Below are positions 23,751 to 36,400 of a DNA stretch of 64,000 nt, in pieces (positions within the stretch are counted from its first letter, which is position 1; every line of letters starts with the position of its first letter). Source of the stretch: Hyphochytrium catenoides. Lineage: Eukaryota; Protista; Hyphochytriomycota. The stretch spans positions 1-64,000 of the forward strand of contig FLMG01000904.1 in assembly GCA_900088475.1 (NCBI GenBank), read 5' to 3'. The notes below the pieces were generated by a model that did not search any database, was not told where the DNA came from, and worked only from the letters and a program-made list of their open reading frames with translations. Made by a program: the position numbers and the translations under genes.

Positions 23751-26035
23751 TCATACGCTCCTGGACTCAATAGCTCGTCGTATTGGGGCACCTGCGAATG
23801 CAAAGATATTCCGCCAGATATAGGCATCGACGTGATGAAAACCTGCTAGGTGGCTCTGCGCCCAAAGAAGGACGTGATGCTTCACCTCACAGGATACTGG
23901 AGTGACCCCAATAAGTACCCGAAAGTCGCAACGGAGGCTAGGGGGCAACTCCTGATCAGATATTACCAGCTTCCGCAGAGTTGTATTGACCTAGGACAGT
24001 CTTCATAAGTCAAAGTGACCTGTTAGCCAGTAAGTTGTTAGCTACGTACCGCCAAACATGCCTTCAATTGCGAGGCTGCTCCAGGACCAAGGAAGTTCTT
24101 TTCAACGTTTAGTTCCGTCAAAGAGCAATTCTTGTGCAGTGCTTCGCATATCACCTTGCACCCAGCACTACCCAGCTGGTTTCTCCCCAAGTTCAAGGTC
24201 TCTAAGCCCTCCATCGAGCAGCCGGAGCCTTGCAGCAAGCCTGCCAGGCAGTGAGCAGCACCTACTCGAAGCATGTTAGCCCTTAGATGGAGACTTCGAA
24301 GCCTGGGAGCCCTGACTCTCAGGATTCCAACCAGACTTATCATGCAGGCATCTCCCATCCAGTTGCCACTGAGGTTTAGTTCCTGCAACCCTTTCAAACA
24401 AATGGACCTCAAGAGAGCTATTACACCCGCGACCCTTGACTGATCGATGCCGCTCTTATTCAGCCTCAATTTGGTTAAGGGTTGCTGATTCAATAGCTGA
24501 TAAACTATTTGACCCTTCAAGTCCAACAATTTAAGTGAAGTCCGCCTTGCCCAGCACACGTCATTTGAGCGGTATAGAACAGGAATCCAGCCAGTTTCGG
24601 TCCATCGTTGACCGGATGTAGAATGCTCCTCCAATATGACTGGGTGTTTCGCTCTAATCGAAGCTATAACCTCACTTTCAGCACTAGGATTCGCGTGCAG
24701 AGATACCTCACTATAGCCATCTTTCGTGACAGATATAGGTGCAAGCCATCTCTTTGACTCGCTAGGCTCTCTGAATCGCTCAGGCTCCTCGAACGGCACA
24801 TACTCTCTGGACAGAAAGCAGCCCTCTAGAGAAAGAAGCTTCAACCCGCACATACGATTTTTTGCCAAGAGGGACGTAGATATCAAGAATAGCCCTTCCC
24901 CAACCGGATTGTAGTCCATATATAGCTCTTCCATTGTGTCATTATACCTGGCAGCACAGTAGAGATTGCAATACTGACTTCAGCTGAGGACCCAAAAACG
25001 GATGAGACTCTAGAGGCTCACCTTAAGGCAATGCTTATAGCTCTGGCGCCAGCGGCGTCAATCCGATTATTTGCGAGCATGAGTCTCTTAAGACTCTTCA
25101 TATAGTCCCTTCTGACAATATCACCACCTACCACCGTAAGGGTCGGGCTTAGTGCGTCAAGCAATTTGCGAAGGCCCGTATAGTTCTGCCCAGGCCAAGC
25201 GATAGAGCAGTTCGAAAGGTCCAAAGAGGTAAGATGAGGGTTGAATAGTTTCTTTGAAATGTCTCTATTCTTGGGGTCACACTTGTGAGGCTCCTCTTGC
25301 ACGAGGAGGTTGCTGAGAAGTTGAGTGCCTCGTACTTCGAGAGAATTTCCCGCCAAACTCAAGATTTTCAAAATAGGAAATGTACCCTCCCGCACAAGCA
25401 GGAGCAAAGACTCAATGATCTTCTGCGATGATAAGGCATTCAGCCTGCAGTTAGTGAGGTCCAACTCCAGTAACGAAGACGCAAGAATAGGGGTTCTGAT
25501 GAGGTCAACGAAGTGTGGCAAGGATTGGTGACGGAGGGATGTGTTCCTGAAGCGGATGTGGCGGAGGATTGGTTCTTTAGGGCATTGCCTGCCGAGCAGC
25601 AGGGATTTCGCATCATGTATGGCTTGGCGAACCCTTTGGGAATCAGTCCTGTACTCGGACTCCAACTCTAAGCATCCAACAACATCTAGGACGTTGGAGA
25701 CACCAGCATTCTGTTGAGAAAGAGTTGGCATCCCCAATCCTGCAGCGCTTTGACCCTGCTACTTCTGCAGCTTGGAAGGACAACGCCCGTTCACCTCGTG
25801 GTAGAAGTGCCTCGAAAGCCTGAACGAGCTTATAGTCTGGGCCTTCTATTTCTCCTCTGAGTGATGTGTAGTCATTGATGAAGAGTTGGGGGTGTTCTTA
25901 TTTAGAGTCCCATTATCAGAACAGAAAGGTTAATTGCCGCACCAGTGTTGTGGATCGTCACATTCTTTGTAAGGCCGCCTCTCACAATGCTGTAAGGGAC
26001 GACCATCGTGGTTTGTCAACAACACGAAAGGACAT
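23751..26035 (-). CDS. RNI-like leucine-rich repeat protein (5' end uncertain)
   Basis: Exons lie in ORFs 25018..25737, 24038..24934 and a last exon ending at 23751. Repeated LxxLxLxxN motifs: LLELDLTNCRL, LKILSLAGNSL, LTSLDLSNCSI, LQELNLSGNWM, LETLNLGRNQL, LTELNVEKNFL. Two small upstream exons back to ATG 26035 are phase-compatible but tentative. Confidence 0.82.
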
Positions 26036-26342
26036 CGTCCCTTATTGCTGTCAGATAACAGCAGTTTGCGTTGGAAGCGGTGTAGCTCCCGCTGTAGAAG
26101 AGGAGCTTTGGGAAGAAGGCTGTGAAGGAGCAACTACTTGATGACCAGAAGGACCACCAGTAACATGTTGGCGTTACTCCTCAATGAAGATCTGACAGCT
26201 CTTGAAAACGTCAGGCTAAGTTTCTTGGCCGCTGTTAAAAGCCGATTGGAGACCTGGGTGACGGGCGTGTTGAACTTGGGATGGACCTTGGTCAGCTAAC
26301 CCATGTGGCCTTGGGATGTGATTCCATTTATATGATGGGAGG

Positions 26343-29300
26343 ATGGACCTAAAGCCAAAGAATGAGGAGGGGCGATTCCTAGCCGAGGACATGGTGTCCC
26401 CAAGGGAGAACATTAATGTATTTGATCACATTCCATGGCCGCTGCTACCCCCCGTGGACCTGGCTCGCACATATGGAAAGAAGTTCATCCCCCCTCTGCC
26501 GCCATCAAAGGCCAAGGTCAAAAATGCCAAGCTCCAAAACTTCATTGGTCAGTATGCCTCCCTTCAGCTCCCGCGGTGTCCCACTTTAGCTCGATGATTA
26601 CCACCGTCCTGATTGCTGCCTTCCGCTCTTATCTTCCAAGAGAATTCTCCATACAACCAGCAGTTCTTGCCTACTGCGCAAGAACAAGGAAACGATCCGA
26701 AAGAAGTTGCAAGATGGCGAGTCCGGCAACTTTGTGAAGCGATGGAGATGGTCCCACCTGGCGACATCGGGTCTAGTGAGATTAGCAAAACAGCGGGGGA
26801 GAATATGGGGTCGCAGGTCATGGGAAGGTAAGAATCGCGCCATAGACAGACCCATGATGCAACTTAAATGTCCTCCTCTTTGTCCCATGATAATAATAGT
26901 GAGGAAGAGAGGGAGAATTACTTATTAACGCTACAGCGATGGAGTGAGGAGCTAGCTTCATTTGAAGATTCCCTTCCATCAAAATGTCGTAGTAGACACA
27001 AGAATGGCCAGAACCCCAGACTTAGCGGAAAGGGAAAGAAACATACTGCCAAGCAAGGCTCTGCTAAGCAACGAATGCAAGCTGTCTTGCTGGAATCCTC
27101 TAGCGAGAACAGCGCAGCAGGGTTGAATTCGATGGGGAAGTCGTAAGTATGCCCTAAGTCTTGCTCCGCCCTCATCCCGATAACACATCTTGTCATACCT
27201 CAGACCTCCCAGAGCGTCGATGAACCAAGGAATAGATTCGAATTATGGAAAAAGTGAAGACCGTGATAGCGTGCGGCCTATTGCAATGAGAGAACAGGAT
27301 ATATCGTCGCAGGCTCTTTCTGCCAGCGAATCTATTGGTGGGGCTCCCTCGAATATGGAAGGATTACCGCCAACACCAGCGGGTTTCGCCATGCAGTCGT
27401 CCTCACTGATGACTGAGGCAATCGTTGGTACGAATAAGTATTTTAAACTTGCACGCTGTACAGCTTGCAGGCTAAAACACGGTACGCATAGGGAGCACAA
27501 ATCACGACGGCGAGCTGCGATGTAGCGACTTTCTGGAACATATTTCTTTGAGTAGCGAGACAAACTCTCATAGTAAACAGGCAGGAGCCTTCTGTGAGGA
27601 GACAAGAGACAGTCAACTTCCCTCTACGGGGCAAGTTCCAGTTTCACATAATACTGAGCGGGTGTCTATAGATAATGAACCGACCTACCACCCTAAAGCA
27701 TCTCACTCAGAGAGCGCATCGTTAATGTTGACAACTGGTTTAGACAAGCAAGAAGGAAGTCTACTAGCCATCCAATGTGTGACAGTAAGCGGTCAAGCCA
27801 TGGCAGGTATCATGGGAAAACAGGACTTCCATGTGTGCCCACCGTGCTAATAGAGTGCTTTGTCTTAGAAAAGCCACATCGGAATGAAGCACAGAAGAGC
27901 CACCCAATTGAGTCTGATGGTGCAATGCTGACTCCTGAAATTGACTCTTTGAGTGAAGACGTTCGGGAAGTAGAACTTCGCAAGAAGTTGATCCGGTTCC
28001 TTCAGAAAGTCGAGGAACAGAGCGATCAACATAAGGGCCCTACATACACTAGCGCCTCATCCGCTTTTAGCAACAAGCGGGAAAGAAATACTACGTGGGG
28101 CGCGGTTGCCAAAGCATCTGTCGAAGGTTATGAAGCAAGAGAGATGGCCGTATCTAGGGATGTTCTGCCTCATACGCAGCAAGATATCAAACAAGGCGGA
28201 ATCACGGAGTCTGCCTACCTACAAGAGAACTGGATGAAACGAGACAGCGGTAGTTCACCTGACAACACGTCTCATCTCCTTTCAACCGGAGACCCTATTT
28301 CCGAGCTCAGGTCGTCAGGTGATAGCTGAGAGAGTGCTCTTCACATCTCACTTTATATCTTATCTTACACCCATATCCCCCCTCCCCGTAGAAATAGACA
28401 AAGGACTGGATCAGCTTGCAATCAATCTTTCATCGGAAATGGAGTCGTCTTTGTTGAAGGAAGTGCAACCTCCCACTCATTTCTTGGGAGAACAGTTGTG
28501 GACGAATCCCGTGACGTCAAATCTAGCTGCAGAGCTTAATGCGGAAGCTATCTTTGGCTACGGCAATGGCTCCTTCGCTCCGTGCACACCGCCACAAGAG
28601 ACGGAGCCTCTGATACTAAATCCTGGAGCTAATTCGGATTTGACGGAAAGGGCGAGAGTGAGGGGTCTTGTCCGGTTGGCTAAGGAGCAAGAACAAACGA
28701 TGCACACAATGCAAGCTGTGGCGTTACTGGACCAGGCGACATCCATTGTCTTGTCAAATCCTTCAAGATCTTCTGTCCCGGAAGGTGGGAAGATGGAGTT
28801 AAATATAGAGGAGAAAGGCAACAGACGTCACTTTCATTACACGCAGGATGCAGAGGATGCTGCAACGCTTCTTCAGGTATGCTTGCACCTTCAGGACGTT
28901 GAGGAAGGTGTACTACGCTTATCGTCTGTATGGTGCCCAGATGACCTATCGAAGACGACATCTTACTAGAGCAAGAGCAGCCAGGATCGTACAAAGGGCA
29001 TTCCGATACTATGTAAGCAAGCAAAAGCGCAAATTACAGCGAGCCCGGATGGTTCAGCATGCGATGCTAATTCAGCGGAGAACAAAGGTGTATTTGCTGC
29101 TGAAGAATCGAAAAGCAAACGTTATACAGGTGAGCAGTTTGATACCACTTTTCAACTTAAATCTTTCTCGGCGGAGTATAACATGGTGACAGGAGTTCAT
29201 GAAAAAACGAACTATGTTTCGGCGGATGGCACGGAGTCGACGACGCTATCAGGCAGCTATTGCTATTCAGGTAAAAGTTAGCGAGATTGACCGCTTCTTT

Positions 29301-32300
29301 AGGGTAGGTGAACTAACGCGTTGTCCAGTCGTCCGTCAGAGGTTTTTTAGGGCGGCGTGAGTGGCGAAGACGGTACACAGAAATGCTTCAGAATAGTGCT
29401 AGTCGGATCCAACACTGCTTCAGAAGCCACTTCAAACGAAGGTGTCCACCGCCAAACCGCACATCGTCTTGTCCTTTACGCTACTAATGCCATGTCTTAG
29501 GGTGGCAGCTGCGAACTCCATACGCCAGCTCTGGCGAAGCTATAGAGAGCGGAAAGCTGCCACAGTGATACAAAGATTCATCAGATCTTGGAGTCAGCAA
29601 CAGTGGTATCAGCGCGTGTTTCTTCCCAGCAAAATTGACGTCGCGAGAAAGAGAGATCAGAGCGAATCCGAGCAAATCAGTGCTACAGAGAAGGATTCTG
29701 CTGATGCCATCGCTGCCTTCCTCCAAACTGCCCCGGTAGGTGCTTAAGCCCCTTGGATATATACTATATATGATGGAAACCTAATGAAAAGGATTTGCAG
29801 GGAAAGCTAATTGTAGAGTTTGAAGTGCAGAGAATCAAGAGGTTGGAAGAAGGCCGCAGAAGGAAGATTGGGTCCATGAGAAGCAAGCAGGACGCGCAAC
29901 GGGAGGAGTTACTGGGCTACTTCGAGAAGTATGACATGGACGCTTCAGGAGCTATCGACAGGTACATTTTTGCACTTTTCGTCGTTCTCCGATCGACGTG
30001 AAGCTGAGCTTTTGTATAAGTACCAACCTACAAATGCTTCCCTTCTTCACTTCAGAGACGAGCTGCATTATCTTTTGGGAGACCTCGGAATCAGAAATGA
30101 CCCCAGGGATGTAGAGGACATGATGGACGAAATCTGCAGTGAACCGGCGTCCGAGATAAAGGTGTGATTCTACTTTAGAAATTGCCTCCCAAAGAGAAAA
30201 GCTAACCAGCCAGGCCCATGCAAACGGCAGTTTGAGGAGTTTTTCCAATGGTATACAAGAAATGACGGAGAAGACCTCTCTGCCTCCGCAAAGCTCATGC
30301 GCCTCAAGGTAGCATCAAGGTCTTCTTCTTTCAGGGAGGCATTGCTGGACTAATATTCGTTGTTACAACCTCCACTCCATTTGTAGATGAAGGCACAAAA
30401 ACTTATAAGAGAGCTAACGAACCAAGATATTCAGTTCCACGCCCAGCGACAGCTCTTCTTCAGGGAGAAGCTAGCCACCTCGTGCGACGCAAGGATAGCA
30501 TATCGTACCCACCACAGACCCATTTTTGAATGCCCTTGGTGTTTTCAAACGTTCGTGCTCTATAGAGAGTTCTCTAGCCACATATCACTTCTCCCCTTAT
30601 GTCAGCATTTTGTGACAAAGTACATTGAACAAGTCGACCGTCCTAGCATCACTGTAATGGAACCACATTGTAAGGTGAGGGTATTTCTTGAATGGCCAAT
30701 CCATCAGAGTACATCTCTAAATTTCAAGGCAGGAAGACAAGGAGAGTCTAAGAAAGCATGCGGAAAATGAGTTTTGTGACATGATCAGGGAGCGGGCAGT
30801 GATTAGCCTAGGCTTGGCTCTCAAGGCAGAGAATTCAAGTACCCTACTTGCTAGGCAGCAGGTAGTGGTCCAGGCGGTGGCCCATGCAAGGGGCATAGTG
30901 GCAGAGGTGAGTACGATATGGCCGGAGCTATGAGCTGTTCCTAAAACCTCACCAGGATCTCGAATCAACAGGGTAGGCCTTCGCCTTCAGACATCACTGT
31001 GGACCGCAAAGTACAGTTTATGTTTGAGCTACTGGATCCGATAGCCACAGGCAGGCTAGACATATCGGTTTTAAGTGAGTTAATGAAAGGAGTCGGAGCC
31101 AACCTAACTAGTCAGGAAGTCGCAAGTTTAGCCGCGGAGATAGATGGAAATGGTAATGGCTTCTTCGAGCTGTCGGAGTTCAATGCATTCTTCCAGCAAT
31201 GGAACGCAAAGCAAAAGAAGTCTCTGCTCGCCAAAAGCAGAACACTGTTCTCAAGTTTAGACGTAGGGAACATAGTAAGTCGTGCGTTCATTCCAATTAT
31301 CATGGGCTCTGTCTAAGCGATGTTTTGGTGGGCTCTAGCTTGCCTCTCTCCTAACTGACGGGGTGAAGAACCAGGCCAAGAGGATCCTACTGGATGGGAC
31401 CAAGCACTTTGCAACAAGATATGCACTTCGTGAATATCGAAGACACGTTCCTCCTAAGCATCAATGCATTGACTGGTTGTGCAGCGAAACCTTTTCAGAC
31501 TTTACTTCCTTAGAATCGCATATGGCGGGTATGCCCTTACCACATCACCGTTTGAACTCGTCCCTGAGCTAAAGCATTCCCGATCCTAAAGGTGCAGAGG
31601 AAACCCACATGGAGCTTCACAGACATCATCGGGACTTCCAAAGTCGCATCGTCCCCATTCAGCTCTACCACCGAGTGGCATATAGTATTATTACAAATGT
31701 AAACAGGATTATGTCGGAGATCACGCCAGAGACCCCAGCAAGTTCGGACCTGGAAAGGGCTCTTCATGAGGAAGAAGTGCTTCGGGAATCGATCAACCTC
31801 AAGATGGTAAGACATAATCTACGCCGTTGTTGCTCTTGAACGGTTGCTGACTCTCTTGACGTTTAAGCATCATAAGGCTCAAGTTCTCCAACAAGAAAAC
31901 CAGGGTCTACCCGATATCTTGAGAGAGAAAGTCCGTGCTGTCTACCAACTGGTATATTATAGCACTTTGAGCGATGACAACTGGTTGGTTGCCGGCCCTT
32001 TTTTGCTTCTCCGAGGCCCTAAATTGACTCATGAAAGCACTGTTACTTCTTAGGACAAAATTAAGAGATCTGCTCCTCCTACTTGATCTTCCTTGTCGTC
32101 CCAACGAGGTTGAAGCTGCAATAGCAGCTTTTGGTCTTGAGACTAACGCAAAGGACCTCACTTTTGAAAAATTCTATCAGTAAGTGCTGCTGTTGAACTT
32201 CTGGACTGAAGCTAAGTTGAATCAGATAAGAATGAAAGAAGATATACTGGACAAGGATCCGGAGGGACTGACACTATGCATCTTGGTATAGGTGGCTTAT

Positions 32301-33371
32301 TGGCACTAATAGGGTACCTGGAAGGCTATCAAGACGGAAACGATTCAGGATTCCTTCAATCCAAAGGCAAGCGGAGTATTTGGTCACAGCGAGGAAGAGG
32401 GCGGTGTATAGTACGGTTGCGGTTGCCGCCAACATGGAGGCTGTCCAGAACAGTAGCTCCACTATCTCTCAATGGGGAAAGACCAACTTCTTTGAGCGTC
32501 GAGGACTCTTTCACCTATCCCTAGAAGATTGGCGGATAAATCTGTCAGAGGATCCCGAGCTGTGGATAAAGGTGCCTGCAAGTGAAAGAGCTATATGGAA
32601 AGCGCCATATAACCTTAACCCATGTAGTTTTTGCATGAAGCCCGAGGCTTCTGCGCAAGTCAGACTGGACAAGTCCAGTTGTATACGGAGGCCAAGCTTA
32701 TGATGGATTTTGATGCTTATGTGGTAAAGCCTAGCGCGTCAAAATCTTTTGAAGATAACCTCAATTGCTGGTTTGACGCATTTGACTATTTAGGTCGAGG
32801 ATTCATTTTGAGGTGAGAAGACTCTCTGCCATGCGGGGGTCTCAATCTCACCTTTCTGTTGCTGTGCTGCAGAGATGAGCTGGTGGAGCTTCTTCAAGCT
32901 TTGCATCTCTCTTGGAAGGATCACGAAATCAATGAGATATTGCGCCCGTTATGGGCTTGCATCAATGATGCCAAAGAGCAGGATCAGCTGTCGCAAGACC
33001 TCTTTACATCTACCCCCATCCTCTGCGTCCTTCGAAGACAATGGTTTGCTTTCGCATGCAGCCAGACCATTAGCCACCGACACGAAAATAGCAACGGTTC
33101 GCTCCAAAGAGCCCAAAGTAGAGGATGGGGTGTGGGCTTTCTGGCTGAAAAAGTCTCACCGGAGAATGAGTCTTCTGATGGGAAGAAACCGAGGAGCCTA
33201 GCAGATGCCCTATGTGACCATTCCTACTTCATTTACCTGGGGAAAAAGAAGGTGATACGGGAGAACCTTAAGGTCATGATAGAGCTGGAGCATATCCGGC
33301 GCAACTGGAAGACTGTTCTTTCACTGAATCAGGCAGATTCGAAGCTAGCTGGGGAATGTCGAGAAGGATAG
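26343..33371 (+). CDS. Large multi-exon IQ-motif / EF-hand / C2H2 zinc-finger protein
   Basis: IQ-like motifs AATLLQMTYRRR, AARIVQRAFRYY, AAIAIQSSVRGFLGRR and AATVIQRFIRSW. EF-hands FEKYDMDASGAIDRDEL, EIDGNGNGFFELSEF and FDAFDYLGRGFILRDEL. Zinc-finger-like CPWCFQTFVLYREFSSH and CIDWLCSETFSDFTSLESH. The junctions I checked are GT-AG and in phase, but this could be more than one gene. Confidence 0.72.
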
Positions 33372-33440
33372 TGATGACGAGAGGTGAAGGCTAAAAGAGA
33401 ATGACCGGCTTTAGGTCAGATCTACATTAAGGACCAAAAT

Positions 33441-36400
33441 TCATTGTGATCTTTGCCATAAATCTACGATCTTCTGTTCTTCCTCAAGACTCTTCTTCAC
33501 GACGTCTGAGGATAGTCCTTTGGGCTTATTCTCAATTCGAGAACGAATGGCCCGGCCGGAGGTCTTGCTTCTTAACAACGCCATTAGGGTCTTTGCCGTT
33601 GCGTTGTCCTCCAAACAGCTTAAAATCTCCACACAATCCTGAACTGCATCGTCAGTGCATTCCTAAACGATTCAAACGTTTGGCGTCACAAAGCTGCTAT
33701 CAGTATACCGGGTGGGCATTAATTAGTCGAGGACACAATTAGCTCTACCTCCGTTAATTGCTCTATCGCCTCGACGATGGCATCTCCGCATTCCTCAAGT
33801 TCCCGGCTGTATCTCTTGCATTTACAGTAGAGAAGTAGAATCCGCCTGGTTTGTTTCTTGACTTCTTTGTCCGAATAGATCCCGACATCGTGCAATGCCG
33901 CAAGCATTTCCTTTCCATTGATATCATCCCAACATCCGATGCTGAAAAGATCCAGCAAGCTTCCTAAAAGGAGCCGTTGATTGTCGTGGCTGGCCAGGGG
34001 AAGAATGTCCTGCGAAAGGATGTCATGAGTGACCTGAACCACCTTGGGTATCAAAAGCACTCTCCTAAGCTTGACAACCAACCTTGACCATCCTTAGCAC
34101 GCCACCACCCTGTAGCATCCAGTTATTGACCTTGAGGCTCTTCTTTCGAGCAATCTCGGCGATGGTAATAACCACGGTCTGCAAGGTGCGACCATTGTTT
34201 TTACAAATCGTGGTTATCCTTTCGAGTACACTTATTAGGCGTTGAAATAGATCTGCGGTATGACCAAATGTATCCTCTATGTCCTCATGGTCGACCCTAC
34301 CGTCGATATGGCCTCGGACACCAAGCAGTGCTATTGTGTCGCTTATTCCCGCCAAGATCAGAGCACAGAGGTCAAGGATTTCGCCCTCCTCCCAGCTATT
34401 AGCAATGCCGAGAATGACGTCTAGCAGTCCAAAGTCATCTATAAAGCTTAGACGGATATCCTCATTCATAACAAGGTTGAGGGCCACCCTAAGAAGACTC
34501 TTCAACACTAGCAGATCGTCTTTAGCTGTGGCAACAACCTGTTCCGTGGTGTTAGCTTTTAGCAGGCAAAGGCATCCGGATTGTAGAACCAATGAGTGGG
34601 TCCCCTTACAAACTGTGATTCGAGAGAGTGCTAATGCTGCATGGCTTCTGCATCCGTAGGCGTGTATAGCAATCTCCTGGTCTAGATGTCCTGAGATAAG
34701 TTCGCCCTTAAGTGTTGAGGCTAAAAGAGAGGTTGGGTTTATGTCGGCGACTGCTTTGCTATGGGTAAGAGCAATGTTTGCTAGGGTAACCAGGCAAGAT
34801 GATAGAGTCCGAAATAACTCTACGCTGCAACCGCCTATTTCAGGACTGGAGCTCGGGTGAGTTGTTAGCTCTGCCGTGAGCAGATGGCTGAACTCAATGA
34901 TACTGGGCAAAAGTCCACCCTGAATGAAATCCTTTCTTACAAGCTCCGATAGTGATAGTAAGGCAAGACTCTTCGCTGTCGCACTTCCTGCAATTGGACA
35001 TGTAAAAGTCAGTTTTAGCAACTCTACCATGTGTGGAACGAGGAACCGAAGCGCTGTCTCAATCACTTCTACTTCTTCTGCAACGGCAGACACTACCATC
35101 AGCCACAGCTGTGAGGTTGCAACACAAGCATCTCGAAATTGCTCGTCCCTCTGCCATCCACCGTCCGGCGCTACGAGGCGACCCAGTGGAGCCGAGGCTA
35201 ATAAAAGTCCATTGGGTAGGGAAAAAAGAAGATCTTGGCCAACCTCTGTTTTCATATATTCCGCCAGACACTGGGTGGCCAACACTGCGTTAGCCAGATT
35301 GTTAGAAGTTGCGAGGCCCAAGACCTTATTTATGAACTCTTCTGCCTCCTGAAAAAGACAGCAAGCATGACAACCACCAAGCTTGAGAAGGAAGGACATC
35401 GATCTCAATAGGTAACCTTCGACTTCTAGCGCTTGGCCAGAAAAATCCATTCTGGAGCAACAATCAAAAAACTCTTTAAGGGAGGTCGAAAGGTGGCGAT
35501 CATCAAGAAGTCCTGTTTGCAGAGAGGAGTAGAAAGCTTTGCTGCTCCACAAAATAACATCTGGTCTCCTTGTCTTGTTAAGCTCGCCCAGGACCTGAAC
35601 CAAGAGTTCGCAGTCAATGGGCTGCGCTAAGCCACCACCCTCTACTTCACCTTTGGCTACCTCTACCAAGGTATAAATGCACTCTGCAAGCTCACAAAGA
35701 TCTTCGATCAAGTTAGATCGGATCAGCGGCAGGCAAATCGCAATGATCCCCTTTTTGAAAGTCAATGAACGACAGGTGGTGGACACCTTGCAATGCTGGG
35801 AGATCGCGAGCATAACTCTTACGAGGTGACTAACAGTCTCAGGGTCAGAAGACTGAAGCTCCATTGTAGGAAGACCCTGTTCAGGCGCAATTTCAGGTGG
35901 ACGGAGTTCTCCAAAAAATAATAGAAGAAGTTGGAGGAAACGCTCCTCTTCCAGCAGCTTGCCCTTGATAAGCATTATAGATGACTCTGCGAGATGCCGC
36001 ATTCCTGCTGCCACCATACCCAAAATCTGACTCTGCCTACTCCGGATTACATCTCTCCAAAACTGTTGAAGCCGTTGCTGAAGGATCAGAAGATCATGGT
36101 GGACAGAGTGATTGGAGCAGAAGTTGGCAAAGGCGAAGGCGCAATTCCTTTGTACAAGCAAACTATCGGTCTCCGTTGCAGACAGAAGAGTCCTTGGAAT
36201 GTTTTGTTGGAGAAGGTATGAGTGTGACTCCAGGTCACAGGTCAATGAGCTGAGCACTGTGGTCAAGGGCTCCATCACCCTTTCGTGCTCCAGATTTTGG
36301 GAGAACTTGACAACGATATAAGCGACATTGCACTGAGTTCGCATCACCTGCCTTGCGATCGGTTGGGTGCTGACATTGGCCAGTGTATTGAGACACGAGA

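Noticed and set aside
28848-28969. Overlapping frames in the IQ gene, suggesting ribosomal frameshifting
   Set aside because: A GT-AG intron at about 28877-28940 joins them and creates a good IQ motif.
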